Below, piece after piece: positions 1 to 9,841 of a DNA stretch of 64,000 bases. Location of the stretch: assembly GCA_038884755.1 (NCBI GenBank), contig JAWABJ010000001.1, positions 160,001 to 224,000 of the forward strand, read 5' to 3'. Position 1 is the stretch's first letter. Each line of letters opens with the position of its first letter. The position numbers and the translations under genes were made by a program. The stretch is from Candidatus Norongarragalinales archaeon (GTDB lineage: Archaea; Micrarchaeota; Micrarchaeia; Norongarragalinales; Norongarragalinaceae). Below the pieces are notes generated by a model that ran no database searches, was not told the DNA's origin, and worked only from the letters and a program-made list of their open reading frames with translations.

Positions 1-2
1 TT

Positions 3-3000
3 GTAGACCCCGGCTTGAAGTGCCGCACGTGCGGAGGAAGGATGAAAGACTGTCCCGGGCACTCGGGGCACATCGAGCTCGTGAGGCCGGTGATTCACGT
101 CGGTTTCGCAAAGCTCATTTACAATTTGCTGAAAGCCACTTGCAGGAAATGCGGAAGGCTCATGCACTACGCTTCGCGCGTCGAGGAAGCCAAAAAATCG
201 CTGGAATGCCCGCATTGTGGCGAGAAGCAGAGGAAAGTCAAGTTCGTAAAGCCCAGCGCTTTTTACGAGGAAGACCGCAAGCTCTTTCCCAACGAAATCA
301 GAGAGCGTTTGGAGCACATTCCTGACGATGACTTGCGCACGTTGGGCGTTGCAATTCGCCCCGAGTGGGCAGTGCTCACCGTTTTGATAGTCCCTCCAGT
401 CACAGTCCGCCCTTCTATCACTCTCGAAACTGGGGAAAGGAGCGAGGACGATTTGACGCACAAGCTCGTGGACATTCTTCGAATCAACCAGCGTTTGGAA
501 GAGAATATCGACGCGGGCGCGCCGCAGCTTATAATAGAAGACTTGTGGGAATTGCTGCAATACCACGTTACCACTTACTACGACAACGAGACTTCCGGAA
601 TTCCTCCTGCGCGACACCGTTCGGGGCGCCAGCTTAAGACTTTGTTCCAGCGTTTGAAGGGCAAGGAAGGGCGCTTTCGCTACAATCTCAGCGGAAAGAG
701 GGTAAACTTTTCGGCCCGCACCGTGATTTCTCCCGACCCAACGCTGGGAATAAACGAGTTGGGCGTGCCGATGGAAATTGCGAGAGAGCTTACCGTTCCG
801 GTCAGCGTGACGCAATGGAATTTGGAGAACGTGAAGGAAATGATTCGCGCTCGCGCCGAGGCCATAAATTACGTAATCCGCCCAGACGGGAAGAGGAAGA
901 AAATCACTACCGCCAACATAGAAGAGGTTTTGACCGAGCTTACGCCGGGCTATACTGTGGAAAGGCAGCTGTTCGACGGCGACGTAGTGATATTCAACAG
1001 GCAGCCTTCCCTCCACCGCGTTTCGATGTTGTGCCATGAAGTCAAGGTTTTGCCTGGAAAAACGTTCCGCTTTAACGTCGCAAATTGCAACCCGTACAAT
1101 GCCGACTTCGACGGAGATGAAATGAACATTCACGTTCCGCAGACTGAAGAGGCGCAGGCTGAAGCCGAACTGCTGATGAAAGTTCAGGATAACATCCTCT
1201 CGCCGCGCAACGGCTCTCCGCTTATCGCGCCCGACTTGGACCAAATCACGGGATTGTATTTGCTTTCGCTCGACGATTTCGTTGTTACTAAAAAGGAAGC
1301 TTGCAATTTGCTTAACGCAGCTGGAGTGGATGGCGCGTTGGAAAAAAGCTTGGTGAGCGGCAAGGAAATTTATTCCATGATATTGCCTGAAAAGTTCGAC
1401 TTGGAGCTTGAAGGCAAGGGTGGAAACAAAGTCCGCATAAAGAACGGGAAGCTCACCGAAGGGTTTTTGGACGCGCACGCCAACCGCACCGTCGTGAGAC
1501 GAATTTTCGACGAGTTTGGGAGTGAGGAAGCTCGAAAGTACGTTGACAAGGCGACCAAGCTTTCGGTCGAGCTTGCATACCGCTACGGGTTTTCGCTGAG
1601 CTTGAAGGACTATTACTTGCCCGAATCGGCGATTGCGGAAATAACCAAGCTTTACGACGAGGGCAGGCAGCGGCTCGTAGAGCTCGTGAGGAAATACAAG
1701 ACCAGGAAGCTTGAACGGCTTCCGGGAAAGACGCTCAAGGAAACTCTCGAAGAGCAGGTAATGAACATCGTCGAACTCATACGCTTCCACTGCTGGACTA
1801 TAGTCAAGGAAAAAATTTCTAAAACCGCCGTAGAAATTAACGGCAGGCAGTTCGAGCACAATTCTTCCCTGCTCATGGCACAGGCCGGGGTGAAGAACAA
1901 GCCCATCAACGTCGTGCAGATGACCGCGCTGGTGGGACAGCAGGCCGTCCGCGGAAAGAGGCCCGCCGCAGGATTCAAGAAAAGGCTTTTGCCGCACTTC
2001 AGGCGTGGCGATTTGGGCGACGCGGCGCGCGGTTTCGTCAAAAACAATTACAAGAGCGGGTTGAATGCCGTCGAGTATTTCTTCCACGCTGCGGGAGGAA
2101 GGGACAGCGTGGTCGACAAGGGAGTTAACCCGGCAAAGACTGGTTACATGCAACGCCGTCTCATTAATGCATTACAGGATTTGATCGTAAAGGAAGACGC
2201 GAGCGTCAGGGACAGCGAAGGAAAAATAGTACAGTTCAAGTACGGCGGGGACGGAATCGACCCTTCGACTGGAAAGCAAATCGCTTACGGCGAGCCTGTC
2301 GGGGTTATCGAGGCGCAGAGCATCGGCGAGCCCGGAACTCAAATGACTTTGCGCACTTTCCACTATGCCGGCGTAGCTTCGCTGGCGCAATTCGGCTTCA
2401 CGCGTTTGGTAGAGTTGGTGGACGCCCGCAAATCGCCGAAAAAGCCGGTCATGGAAATTTGCCTGAAGAAAAGCATTGCAGGCGATTTCGAGAAAGTCAA
2501 GACGATAGCTGCCAGCATCGAAAGCGTGGTTTTGGAGGACGTTGCGGAAACCAAGGAGAATTTCGACCGGAAGGCGATTACCATAACCCTCAACCCATTG
2601 CTGCTCAAGGACAAGGGAATCCGCGAAAAGGCGATTTTGGACGAGATTGGTAAAATAACCCCCAACTTCAAGCACGAAGGACACGAGATTGTGATTAAAA
2701 CGAAGGAAGAGTCCCTCAAGGCCGTACGTAAGTTGACTCTACGCTTCAAGGAATTGCATTTGGGCGGAGTCAAGGGAATAAGGAAAGCGATTATCGTGGA
2801 AAAGAAGACCGAAGGCGGGAAGGAGTACACCATCGCAACCGAAGGCTCTAATCTCGAAGACATTCTCAAGCTGGAAGAAATAGACTCTCACCGCACGAGC
2901 ACGAACGACATCATGGAAATAGGGCGCGTTCTCGGGATAGAAGCGGCGCGAAACGCGATTATCCAGGAAATAAAGAAAGTGTTGGACACGCAGGACTTGA

Positions 3001-3263
3001 CTGTCGACGAAAGGCACATAATGCTCATCGCCGACGCCATGACTTTCTTGGGCGGAGTGAAGAGCGTTGGAAGGCACGGGCTTGCAGGGCAAAAGAAAAG
3101 CGTGCTTGCGCGCGCGGCGTTCGAAGAGACCGCAAAGCATTTGCTGAACGCATGCATTTACGGAGAGGAAGACCCGCTGAAAGGCATAGCGGAAAACATC
3201 ATCATCGGGCAAACAATCCCTGCTGGAACCGGCACAGTGCAACTGGAAATGAAGCTCGAGTGA
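3..3263 (+). CDS. rpoA1: DNA-directed RNA polymerase largest subunit Rpo1, A' and A'' fused in one ORF (5'-truncated by window edge)
   Basis: Zn-finger CRTCGG..CPGHSGHIEL, catalytic NADFDGD and bridge helix TGYMQRRL, then in the same frame the A'' motifs AQSIGEPGTQMTLRTFH and ARAAFEET; frame open from position 3. Confidence 0.97.
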   Translation, partial: VDPGLKCRTCGGRMKDCPGHSGHIELVRPVIHVGFAKLIYNLLKATCRKCGRLMHYASRVEEAKKSLECPHCGEKQRKVKFVKPSAFYEEDRKLFPNEIRERLEHIPDDDLRTLGVAIRPEWAVLTVLIVPPVTVRPSITLETGERSEDDLTHKLVDILRINQRLEENIDAGAPQLIIEDLWELLQYHVTTYYDNETSGIPPARHRSGRQLKTLFQRLKGKEGRFRYNLSGKRVNFSARTVISPDPTLGINELGVPMEIARELTVPVSVTQWNLENVKEMIRARAEAINYVIRPDGKRKKITTANIEEVLTELTPGYTVERQLFDGDVVIFNRQPSLHRVSMLCHEVKVLPGKTFRFNVANCNPYNADFDGDEMNIHVPQTEEAQAEAELLMKVQDNILSPRNGSPLIAPDLDQITGLYLLSLDDFVVTKKEACNLLNAAGVDGALEKSLVSGKEIYSMILPEKFDLELEGKGGNKVRIKNGKLTEGFLDAHANRTVVRRIFDEFGSEEARKYVDKATKLSVELAYRYGFSLSLKDYYLPESAIAEITKLYDEGRQRLVELVRKYKTRKLERLPGKTLKETLEEQVMNIVELIRFHCWTIVKEKISKTAVEINGRQFEHNSSLLMAQAGVKNKPINVVQMTALVGQQAVRGKRPAAGFKKRLLPHFRRGDLGDAARGFVKNNYKSGLNAVEYFFHAAGGRDSVVDKGVNPAKTGYMQRRLINALQDLIVKEDASVRDSEGKIVQFKYGGDGIDPSTGKQIAYGEPVGVIEAQSIGEPGTQMTLRTFHYAGVASLAQFGFTRLVELVDARKSPKKPVMEICLKKSIAGDFEKVKTIAASIESVVLEDVAETKENFDRKAITITLNPLLLKDKGIREKAILDEIGKITPNFKHEGHEIVIKTKEESLKAVRKLTLRFKELHLGGVKGIRKAIIVEKKTEGGKEYTIATEGSNLEDILKLEEIDSHRTSTNDIMEIGRVLGIEAARNAIIQEIKKVLDTQDLTVDERHIMLIADAMTFLGGVKSVGRHGLAGQKKSVLARAAFEETAKHLLNACIYGEEDPLKGIAENIIIGQTIPAGTGTVQLEMKLE

Positions 3264-3354
3264 CGAGATTCATTTTTGCCTTCTCTTCTTGGTTTATGCG
3301 AAAAAGTTAATGACCTTTCAGCAAAGGGTTTAGTGTTCGCTGGGAGGGTGTTGC

Positions 3355-3777
3355 ATGAACCTGTTTTCTTTTTTGGTTGCTTTCGTTTTGCTTGTTTCCG
3401 CTTCGCTGGTTTTCTCTTCGGATGGGGAAACGGGTGAAGCAGGGGTTACCCCTGTTCGGCTTCCGGATTACGTGGTCTGGCCTTTCAGGGCGGACAAGTT
3501 CGGAGACGGCGTAAGGGTTCAAGCCGTTACGCTCAACCACGGGCAAGGAGATGCGAAGCCGCACGAGAGTTCTTTCACGCGCATAATTGCAAACTCGAAC
3601 GCAACGGATTTTCCAGTTACGCCTCTCAGGCGCGGGCAGCCTTCTAGTCTCCACGTCGTAGATTTCAAGTGCAAGAAAGGAAACAATGTTTTCATCACTG
3701 CGATAGCCGATTTCTACGGAAGCGTGGAAGAGTCGGACGAAACGAACAACGCCGTTTCCACGAGAGTAGTGTGCTGA
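3355..3777 (+). CDS. Secreted protein with CARDB-like Ig fold
   Basis: Signal peptide; C-terminal ITAIADFYGSVEESDETNN resembles the CARDB signature. Confidence 0.6.
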   Translation: MNLFSFLVAFVLLVSASLVFSSDGETGEAGVTPVRLPDYVVWPFRADKFGDGVRVQAVTLNHGQGDAKPHESSFTRIIANSNATDFPVTPLRRGQPSSLHVVDFKCKKGNNVFITAIADFYGSVEESDETNNAVSTRVVC

Positions 3778-3874
3778 GATGCTTTTGCGCAACGCGCCCG
3801 CGAGAATAGTTTCGTTTAAATACCGCTTGTTTTAATGTTATGAAACAGTTTTTTAGAGAGGAGGGGATGCGTAG

Positions 3875-4060
3875 ATGGCTATGGCGGCGAATTGCGTGTG
3901 CGGAATGCACGCGTGCGGAAAGTGTAGTCCAATGCTTTTGCTGTTCGGGATTTTGTTCCTTATAGCGAGCTTGGGAGTTTACACGGCTTCTTGGTTCAAC
4001 GGCTGGACCATTCTCGGCGTGTTCTTCGTCCTTTGGGGCGGCATGTCGATGATGAAGTAA
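3875..4060 (+). CDS. Small two-TM membrane protein with N-terminal Cys cluster
   Basis: GGAGGGG SD-like motif upstream; CVCGMHACGKC followed by two hydrophobic helices. Confidence 0.65.
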   Translation: MAMAANCVCGMHACGKCSPMLLLFGILFLIASLGVYTASWFNGWTILGVFFVLWGGMSMMK

Positions 4061-4069
4061 GTTTCAACG

Positions 4070-4107
4070 AAAAAAAAGGGCTTTTTTTGAAAAGCCCTTT
4101 TTTTTTT
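4070..4107. terminator. Hairpin flanked by A and T tracts, likely terminator
   Basis: AAAAAAAAGGGCTTTT-TTTG-AAAAGCCCTTTTTTTT just after the 4060 stop. Confidence 0.5.
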
Positions 4108-4178
4108 CCTTCTTTTGTGCATTTGCTTAAGGCGCGGTTTTGTTTCGTTTAGTTTTTCGTTTGGCGGGCGTGATTTGA

Positions 4179-4679
4179 GTGGTTTTTGCAGAAGCGTGGA
4201 TTGAAATCGCTTTCGTTTCCCTGTTGTTTTCAATCGCGGCGTTCGCCGCGAACAAGACTCTCGGGCAGAGGGACAAGGTGAAGGAACTGCAGAAGGAAAC
4301 ACAGGCCTACCAGAAGGAAATGCAAAAGGCGGTTTTGGCCAAGGACGAGAAGAAGATCGAGGAGCTGCAAAAGCGGGAGAAGGAAGTCAACGAGAAGATG
4401 ATGCAGATGCTCATGCTGCCTTGGAAGGCGAGCATCGTCATGCTTCCGATAGCGTGGATTTTGATTTCGTTCGTCCTGCCTTTTTTTTACAAGGGCTTCG
4501 TCATACTCCTTCCTTTCGACATCCACTTGGGCGCCTTGCTTTCCTGGACTTTTTACACCAACGTTTTCCGCACTGCCGCTTACGGCACGACCGGGTTTTT
4601 CATAGTATGCTCTATAGTGTTCGGGTTGCTTTTGGAAAAGTTCGGAAACATGGCGTGGCCCGCCAAAACTCAGCCTTAG
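4179..4679 (+). CDS. DUF106 / EMC3-TMCO1 (Oxa1 superfamily) membrane protein
   Basis: TM, coiled coil (KELQKETQAYQKEMQKA), Met-rich segment and two further TMs; usual neighbour of cmk. Confidence 0.8.
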   Translation: MVFAEAWIEIAFVSLLFSIAAFAANKTLGQRDKVKELQKETQAYQKEMQKAVLAKDEKKIEELQKREKEVNEKMMQMLMLPWKASIVMLPIAWILISFVLPFFYKGFVILLPFDIHLGALLSWTFYTNVFRTAAYGTTGFFIVCSIVFGLLLEKFGNMAWPAKTQP

Positions 4680-4737
4680 CAAACCGCTTGCGACCTCATC
4701 TTTTTAAGCGAAAGCGCGGTTATCCTAAGCGGGTGGA

Positions 4738-5397
4738 ATGTTGAAAATACAGGCTGATTTCGCTTTGTTCATGGCATTCCTGGTTTTGGTGATTCTGGGA
4801 ATTTTCCTTCTCCTTCCTTCCGCTTTGGAGCGGCCCAAGCATTTCGCTTGCGTAAACCAGGCTTGCGTAGAGGTTGAAGGCGCAGGGCCTGACTATTGTT
4901 CGGATTCGCAAGACTGCGCTCCAAAACCCACTGTTTTCGAATCTACAGTCCAGCCTTCGGTTCCGGCTGAATTCGAGGAAACGCCCCTCGCGAACCTCAC
5001 GCGCGAGTGCGCTGAAAAGTTTTCCTACGCCTTTTCCAAAAACGACGTTTCGTCGTGCGTCATCGACGGCTGTCCGCTTTCCACCCACTATTGCCAGGCT
5101 GCAGTGGCGGATTTCGAGTGCGTGGGCGTGGTGCAGGGCTCGGGAAACCAGTCGAAAAGGGACTTGTGCGAATTGAATTTCGCTATAAACAGCGGCGGCA
5201 TCGAGCAGTGCGGTTACTTGCCCGAGCCCGCTAAGCAGTATTGCATTGCTTTGAAGGAAAAGAGCGTTGCGAAGTGCTCCGAGATTCCGAACAAGTTTTT
5301 GAAAGACATTTGCCCCGGAGTGATAGGCGTGTTGACTAAAAACAAGCGGTTGTGCAGCGAAGATTACGCCGAGTGCTTCGCTTTAATAGGCGGATGA
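4738..5397 (+). CDS. N-terminally anchored Cys-rich surface protein
   Basis: N-terminal TM; repeated C-x(7-10)-C helical units; related to 7407..7961. Confidence 0.7.
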   Translation: MLKIQADFALFMAFLVLVILGIFLLLPSALERPKHFACVNQACVEVEGAGPDYCSDSQDCAPKPTVFESTVQPSVPAEFEETPLANLTRECAEKFSYAFSKNDVSSCVIDGCPLSTHYCQAAVADFECVGVVQGSGNQSKRDLCELNFAINSGGIEQCGYLPEPAKQYCIALKEKSVAKCSEIPNKFLKDICPGVIGVLTKNKRLCSEDYAECFALIGG

Positions 5398-5401
5398 AAA
5401 A

Positions 5402-7357
5402 ATGGTTTTGCGAGCGCACCAGAAGTTAAGCGTATTGTTTTTTTCCGTTCTAGCAATAGCTTTGCTTTTCACGGCGTTTTCCAACGAAAGTTCTTCCTAC
5501 TCGGGACAGTCGCGTTCGCTTTCGTTCGAGAAAGCGAGTGCTTCCCCTGAAGGTTCTGCCAGCCCTTCTCCGAGCGGAGAGGCGAGCCCTACTGGTGTTG
5601 CTTCGCCTTCCGCATCTGCTTCTCCGACTTGCTCTCCGCCTCCTGGCGGTTGTGGAAGCCGCTGTACGAGTTCTACCGAACGGGTGAGCAGGGTTTGGGA
5701 CCAGAACGCTTGCGCTTGCGTTGACGACGGGCCTTTGCCGTCGTGCGCTTGCGGCAATGGGGCGGAGTGCAGCACGTGCTATTGCGAGGACGTTACTTAC
5801 AACGGCGTTCCTGCTGCAGTGTGCCGTTCTACTGGCGGTGATTGCGGAAACCCGTATTGCGCGAGCGGAAGCAGGAGCTGCCAGGACGTTTGCGGCGCGA
5901 ACGGTTTTTGCGAGCCGAGGTGCAACAATTGCGCAGGACCAAACGGGTGGAATTGCTACGCGGAATCATGCAATTCTGGCACTGGTCGTTGCTCGCAGGA
6001 TTGTTCTTTGACAGACGGCACTACCCCCGGATTATGCGGGACCGCCGGATTTCCCTGTTCTAAAAACAAGCGTTGCCAGAGTTGCGAGTGCGCTTGGGAG
6101 CCTTTGAACTGTTGTCCCGGCAACGCGCCGGCTTGCTTGGAGTGCGTTAATTTCTATCAATTCATACGCCATTACTGCAATCCCGTGACCGAGTCCTGCA
6201 GCCAGGACGGCCCGTATTCCTGCCCGCCGAGTTTTTGCGGTTCAGACCCGTGGTTCGGCTACGGGAACGCTTGCACTTACTGGGACTTTTTGGGTTGCAC
6301 GCAAAGGGGTTTGGGCATAGCTTGCCCCTACTTTTCCAACTTGCAGCCCGACCCGCGTTGCGGGTCTCGGTGCGTGGGTGGTTCTCCCACTCCGACAGCT
6401 TCCCCTTCGCCTTCCAACACTCCTTCGCCTTCGGTTTCCCCGCCACCTTGCATTTACAATTGCATAAACGGTTTTTGTTCGAACGACCCGAACCGTTCTT
6501 GCCAGTATAACGGCGATTTCAGGTGTTGCGTTGAAGTGAGCGCAAGCCCTTCTCCCTACGCTTCCCCTTCGCCTTCCAACACTCCTTCGCCTTCGGGCAG
6601 TCCTTCTCCCAGCGGCAGTCCGTCGCCTTCGCCTTCCAACACTCCTTCGCCTTCGGGCTCCGCCTCCCCGTCTAGCTCTCCTTCTGCAAGTCCTTCCGTT
6701 TCAGGCTCTCCTTCCGGCAGTCCTTCGCCTTCCGCCAGCGTGGGTGGTTCTCCCAGCCCTTCAAACGGAGGAGCCGGTTTTTGCGGCGACAGGATAATCC
6801 AGCCTCCTGAAGAGTGCGATACTGACGACGGCGTGTGCAAAATTCGCGGTCCGACTTACGCTTGCAGCGTGGCTTGCGAGTGTTTTGATGCGGAAGGGTT
6901 TTACGGCGGGATAGTGAAGCTTCCTGACGTGAAAATAGTGAGCGGAACGCAGGTTGAAAGCGCTGAACTCGCAGTGTTATACAACCACGCTTCAGACGGG
7001 TTGGGTGCAAGCGAAGGCGACATAGGCAATTTCTTTTCGATTTTGGTTGACGACAGGAATATAATTACGCAGTGCTTGGAGCAAGAGCCCGCTTGCCTGC
7101 GCTACGGCGGCGAACCAGGGGTTTTCGTTCTCACGCTTTCGCCGCAGTTGCTTGGCTTGCAGTCTCAAGAGCTTCCAGAAGGTTCTTACCGAATCAAGGC
7201 CATAGTGCGCGAAAACGGGGTTTTCTACGAGGCGAACGCGCCCAACGCGCTAATAGTGCAGAGGCAGGAAACCTCGCTGCCCGAAACCGACTTTCTCGTC
7301 GTGTTGTTTTTCGCCTTGCTCGCGGCGTTCGCAATGCGCACTTCGCGGAAGCGATAG
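5402..7357 (+). CDS. Cys-rich, Ser/Pro-rich surface protein with C-terminal LPETD-TM-basic tail
   Basis: Signal peptide, dense Cys region, SPSPS linkers, CGDRIIQPPEECD disulfide repeat, LPETDFLVVLFFALLAAFAMRTSRKR terminus. Confidence 0.8.
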   Translation: MVLRAHQKLSVLFFSVLAIALLFTAFSNESSSYSGQSRSLSFEKASASPEGSASPSPSGEASPTGVASPSASASPTCSPPPGGCGSRCTSSTERVSRVWDQNACACVDDGPLPSCACGNGAECSTCYCEDVTYNGVPAAVCRSTGGDCGNPYCASGSRSCQDVCGANGFCEPRCNNCAGPNGWNCYAESCNSGTGRCSQDCSLTDGTTPGLCGTAGFPCSKNKRCQSCECAWEPLNCCPGNAPACLECVNFYQFIRHYCNPVTESCSQDGPYSCPPSFCGSDPWFGYGNACTYWDFLGCTQRGLGIACPYFSNLQPDPRCGSRCVGGSPTPTASPSPSNTPSPSVSPPPCIYNCINGFCSNDPNRSCQYNGDFRCCVEVSASPSPYASPSPSNTPSPSGSPSPSGSPSPSPSNTPSPSGSASPSSSPSASPSVSGSPSGSPSPSASVGGSPSPSNGGAGFCGDRIIQPPEECDTDDGVCKIRGPTYACSVACECFDAEGFYGGIVKLPDVKIVSGTQVESAELAVLYNHASDGLGASEGDIGNFFSILVDDRNIITQCLEQEPACLRYGGEPGVFVLTLSPQLLGLQSQELPEGSYRIKAIVRENGVFYEANAPNALIVQRQETSLPETDFLVVLFFALLAAFAMRTSRKR

Positions 7358-7406
7358 CGCGCCGTTCAGATGTTTTAAAAAGCACTTTCGTCTGATTAAT
7401 TGCGAG

Positions 7407-7961
7407 ATGGGCGCGGAGAAAATAATCCTTGTGGCGGCTTTGCTTTTCGTGGTTATCGCTTTGTTTGTCTGGCAGCCGTTCCGCCCGCCTTTACCTTCGC
7501 CAACGCCTTCGGTTTTGATTCCAACACCGACGGCTTCTATTCCTTCGCCAGTAGACTTGCAGGCTGAATGTAACAAGAAGCTTTCCGACGCAATACGCTT
7601 GTTCAGCCCTGGCGCGTGTGAACAGATTTCCTGCGAAGAGCAGAAGAATTACTGCTTGGGAGTGCTGGGGAAGGACGTGCAGGCTTGCGAAAAGCTTGAA
7701 ACGCAAGATTACAAGGACGTTTGCTACGGCAACATGGCTTCGAAATTAAAGGCGAGGGAATTGTGCGACAGGATTGCGAACGGCGACAGGAAAAACTATT
7801 GCTTGTTGGGCTTCGACCCGAAGGAATCTTATTGTGATGCTATGGTTTTGCACTCGTTCAAGGACAATTGCTACCACCGGCTTGCGATAGTGTTGAAAGA
7901 CGCTTCTTATTGCGAGAAGATAAGTAGTAATTCCACCAGGGCGCGTTGCGCTGGTCGATGA
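7407..7961 (+). CDS. N-terminally anchored Cys-repeat protein
   Basis: TM and Pro-rich linker followed by repeated CEKI..KDxCY-like units. Confidence 0.75.
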   Translation: MGAEKIILVAALLFVVIALFVWQPFRPPLPSPTPSVLIPTPTASIPSPVDLQAECNKKLSDAIRLFSPGACEQISCEEQKNYCLGVLGKDVQACEKLETQDYKDVCYGNMASKLKARELCDRIANGDRKNYCLLGFDPKESYCDAMVLHSFKDNCYHRLAIVLKDASYCEKISSNSTRARCAGR

Positions 7962-9817
7962 AAATGCGTTTTCTTGCTTTCGCCTTTGTTTTTGCCTTCG
8001 CGCTTTTTGCGCAGCAGGGCTTTTCCCAAGGCGTTCCCATGTGTCCTGGCAATGGAAACAATTTCGAGTGCCCGCCTTGCAACGAGCCTTGCTCGATTCC
8101 CGTCGGTCCGCCGGAGTGCTGCGCTTGGAACCCCAACGCAGGTCCCGAATGCCAAGGCGTTTTGCCCGCGTGCATGGTTTGCGCGGTTGCCATTCAAGCC
8201 GCTCCTGCTTCCAACCTCAACTTTTGCACTTCCTCCGGCTACGAAGCTAAAGCTTTGGAGGGAGTTGTTCCCGCGCAACGCGCTTTGATTTCCTTGGCTG
8301 AAACTTGCCCTGATACTGTGACGACAGTCCCTTGCAACAACAAGTTTGGAGACTGCTGCTTGTGCGACGGCACGCTCATGACTTATCAAGGAGATGAGGA
8401 AACCCTCCGCTGCCTGCCGGGCACGTGCGAGCCTGGGGTGAGCGAATGCAATTTCGAAAACCAGGGTTTCAGGTGCGAGGCTGACGCCATTCCCAACGGC
8501 TGCACTCCAGACCCGAACGTTTGCGCTTCCCCTTCTCCATCACCTTCGCCCAGCCCCTCTCCAAGCCCTTCCCCCAGCGCTTCGCCCAGCCCTTCGGCTT
8601 CTGCCTCTCCAAGCCCCTCGCACACGATTTGCTCCTTGGGTTCGTGTATTGTCGTTCAAGGTCCTGGTCCGAATTATTGTTTTTCAAACTCCGATTGCGT
8701 TGAGCCGTCGCACACGATTTGCTGGCTAGGGCAATGCATTTCAATCCAAGGCCCAGGCCCGAACTATTGCAGTTCTAACGCGAATTGCGTTTCGCAATCG
8801 CACACCATATGCTCCAACCAGCAGTGCATTTCTGTTGTAGGCCCCGGCTCGAACCAGTGTTCTTCCAACAGCCAGTGCGGTTCGGCTTCGCCTTCCCCCA
8901 GCCCAGGCGGCTCTCCTTCCCCAAGCGGTTCTCCCACTCCCTCGGGCAGTCCTTCTCCTAGCGGCAGTCCCTCGCCTTCCGGTTCTCCTTCGCCTAGCGG
9001 AAGCCCGTCTCCAAGCGGTTCTCCTTCTCCCTCAGGGTCTCCCAGCCCTTCCGGCTCGCCCAGCCCCTCCGGTTCTCCTTCGCCTTCGGGCAGTCCTTCT
9101 CCCAGCGGAACTCCGTCGCCTTCGCCTTCCAATACGCCGTCCCCTTCGGGCTCCGCTTCGCCTTCGGGTTCTCCGAGCGGCAGCCCCAGTTCTTCCCCGT
9201 CTTCTTCACCCAGCTCGTCTCCAAGCGGTTCTCCAGGCGGAGGGTATTGCGGAAACGGGGTGATAGACCCGGGCGAGGTTTGCGACAAGGCCAACAACGC
9301 CGGATGCGCGCAAGGGGAATTCTGCAACTTCGACTGCAGCGCTTGCTTCTCGCCAGGTTCGCCTGAAGGAAGCATACTGCGCATCGAAGGAAAGCGCGTG
9401 ATTGGCGGGGAGGAAATCCAGGCTGCGACAGTGCCGATTTTGTACAATACCGCGGCAACCGGGCTTGCCGCCCCTTGCAGCGAGCAGGTCAAGGGCAGTT
9501 TGTTGTTCACGATAGACGACGCGCGTTTGGGAAGCATTCCCGAGGCGTTGTCTTGCGACTCTTCAAAACCCGGGGTTTTCATTCTCACGCTTTCGCCGCA
9601 GTTGCTGGGATTGCAGTCGCAAGAGCTTCCTTCCGGAAGCTACCGCGTGAAAGTAGAGGTTGACGAGGGAGGGACGGTTTACAGCGCGAACGACCCGCAG
9701 GCTTTGATTGTAGTAAAACAAAAGCAGGCTTTGCCTGAAACGGATTTCCTCGTCGTATTGTTCTTCGGCTTGCTTGCCTTGCTTTTCGTGCGCAGCGGCA
9801 CGCGCCGCAACGAGTAA
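7958..9817 (+). CDS. Cys-rich, Ser/Pro-rich surface protein, paralog of 5402..7357
   Basis: ATG overlaps upstream stop (ATGA); three SHTIC..GPGPNYC-type modules, (GSPSPS)n, CGNGVIDPGEVCD, LPETD-TM-basic tail. Confidence 0.8.
   Translation: MKMRFLAFAFVFAFALFAQQGFSQGVPMCPGNGNNFECPPCNEPCSIPVGPPECCAWNPNAGPECQGVLPACMVCAVAIQAAPASNLNFCTSSGYEAKALEGVVPAQRALISLAETCPDTVTTVPCNNKFGDCCLCDGTLMTYQGDEETLRCLPGTCEPGVSECNFENQGFRCEADAIPNGCTPDPNVCASPSPSPSPSPSPSPSPSASPSPSASASPSPSHTICSLGSCIVVQGPGPNYCFSNSDCVEPSHTICWLGQCISIQGPGPNYCSSNANCVSQSHTICSNQQCISVVGPGSNQCSSNSQCGSASPSPSPGGSPSPSGSPTPSGSPSPSGSPSPSGSPSPSGSPSPSGSPSPSGSPSPSGSPSPSGSPSPSGSPSPSGTPSPSPSNTPSPSGSASPSGSPSGSPSSSPSSSPSSSPSGSPGGGYCGNGVIDPGEVCDKANNAGCAQGEFCNFDCSACFSPGSPEGSILRIEGKRVIGGEEIQAATVPILYNTAATGLAAPCSEQVKGSLLFTIDDARLGSIPEALSCDSSKPGVFILTLSPQLLGLQSQELPSGSYRVKVEVDEGGTVYSANDPQALIVVKQKQALPETDFLVVLFFGLLALLFVRSGTRRNE
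8878..9240 (+). repeat. Coding tandem repeat (GSPSPS)n, degenerate 18-bp unit
   Basis: Repeated hexapeptide with shuffled synonymous codons; similar tract at about 6540-6765. Confidence 0.85.
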
Positions 9818-9841
9818 AAAACCCGCTTTCGTGCTTTTAGC

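Noticed and set aside
4070..4107. Membership of this hairpin in family A
   Set aside because: It has a GGGC/GCCC core and no duplicated purine tail, and it follows a protein gene; a terminator is the better explanation.
8878..9240. Tandem repeats as a CRISPR array or VNTR
   Set aside because: They are in-frame Ser/Pro/Gly codons with synonymous variation, with no unique spacers and no cas genes.
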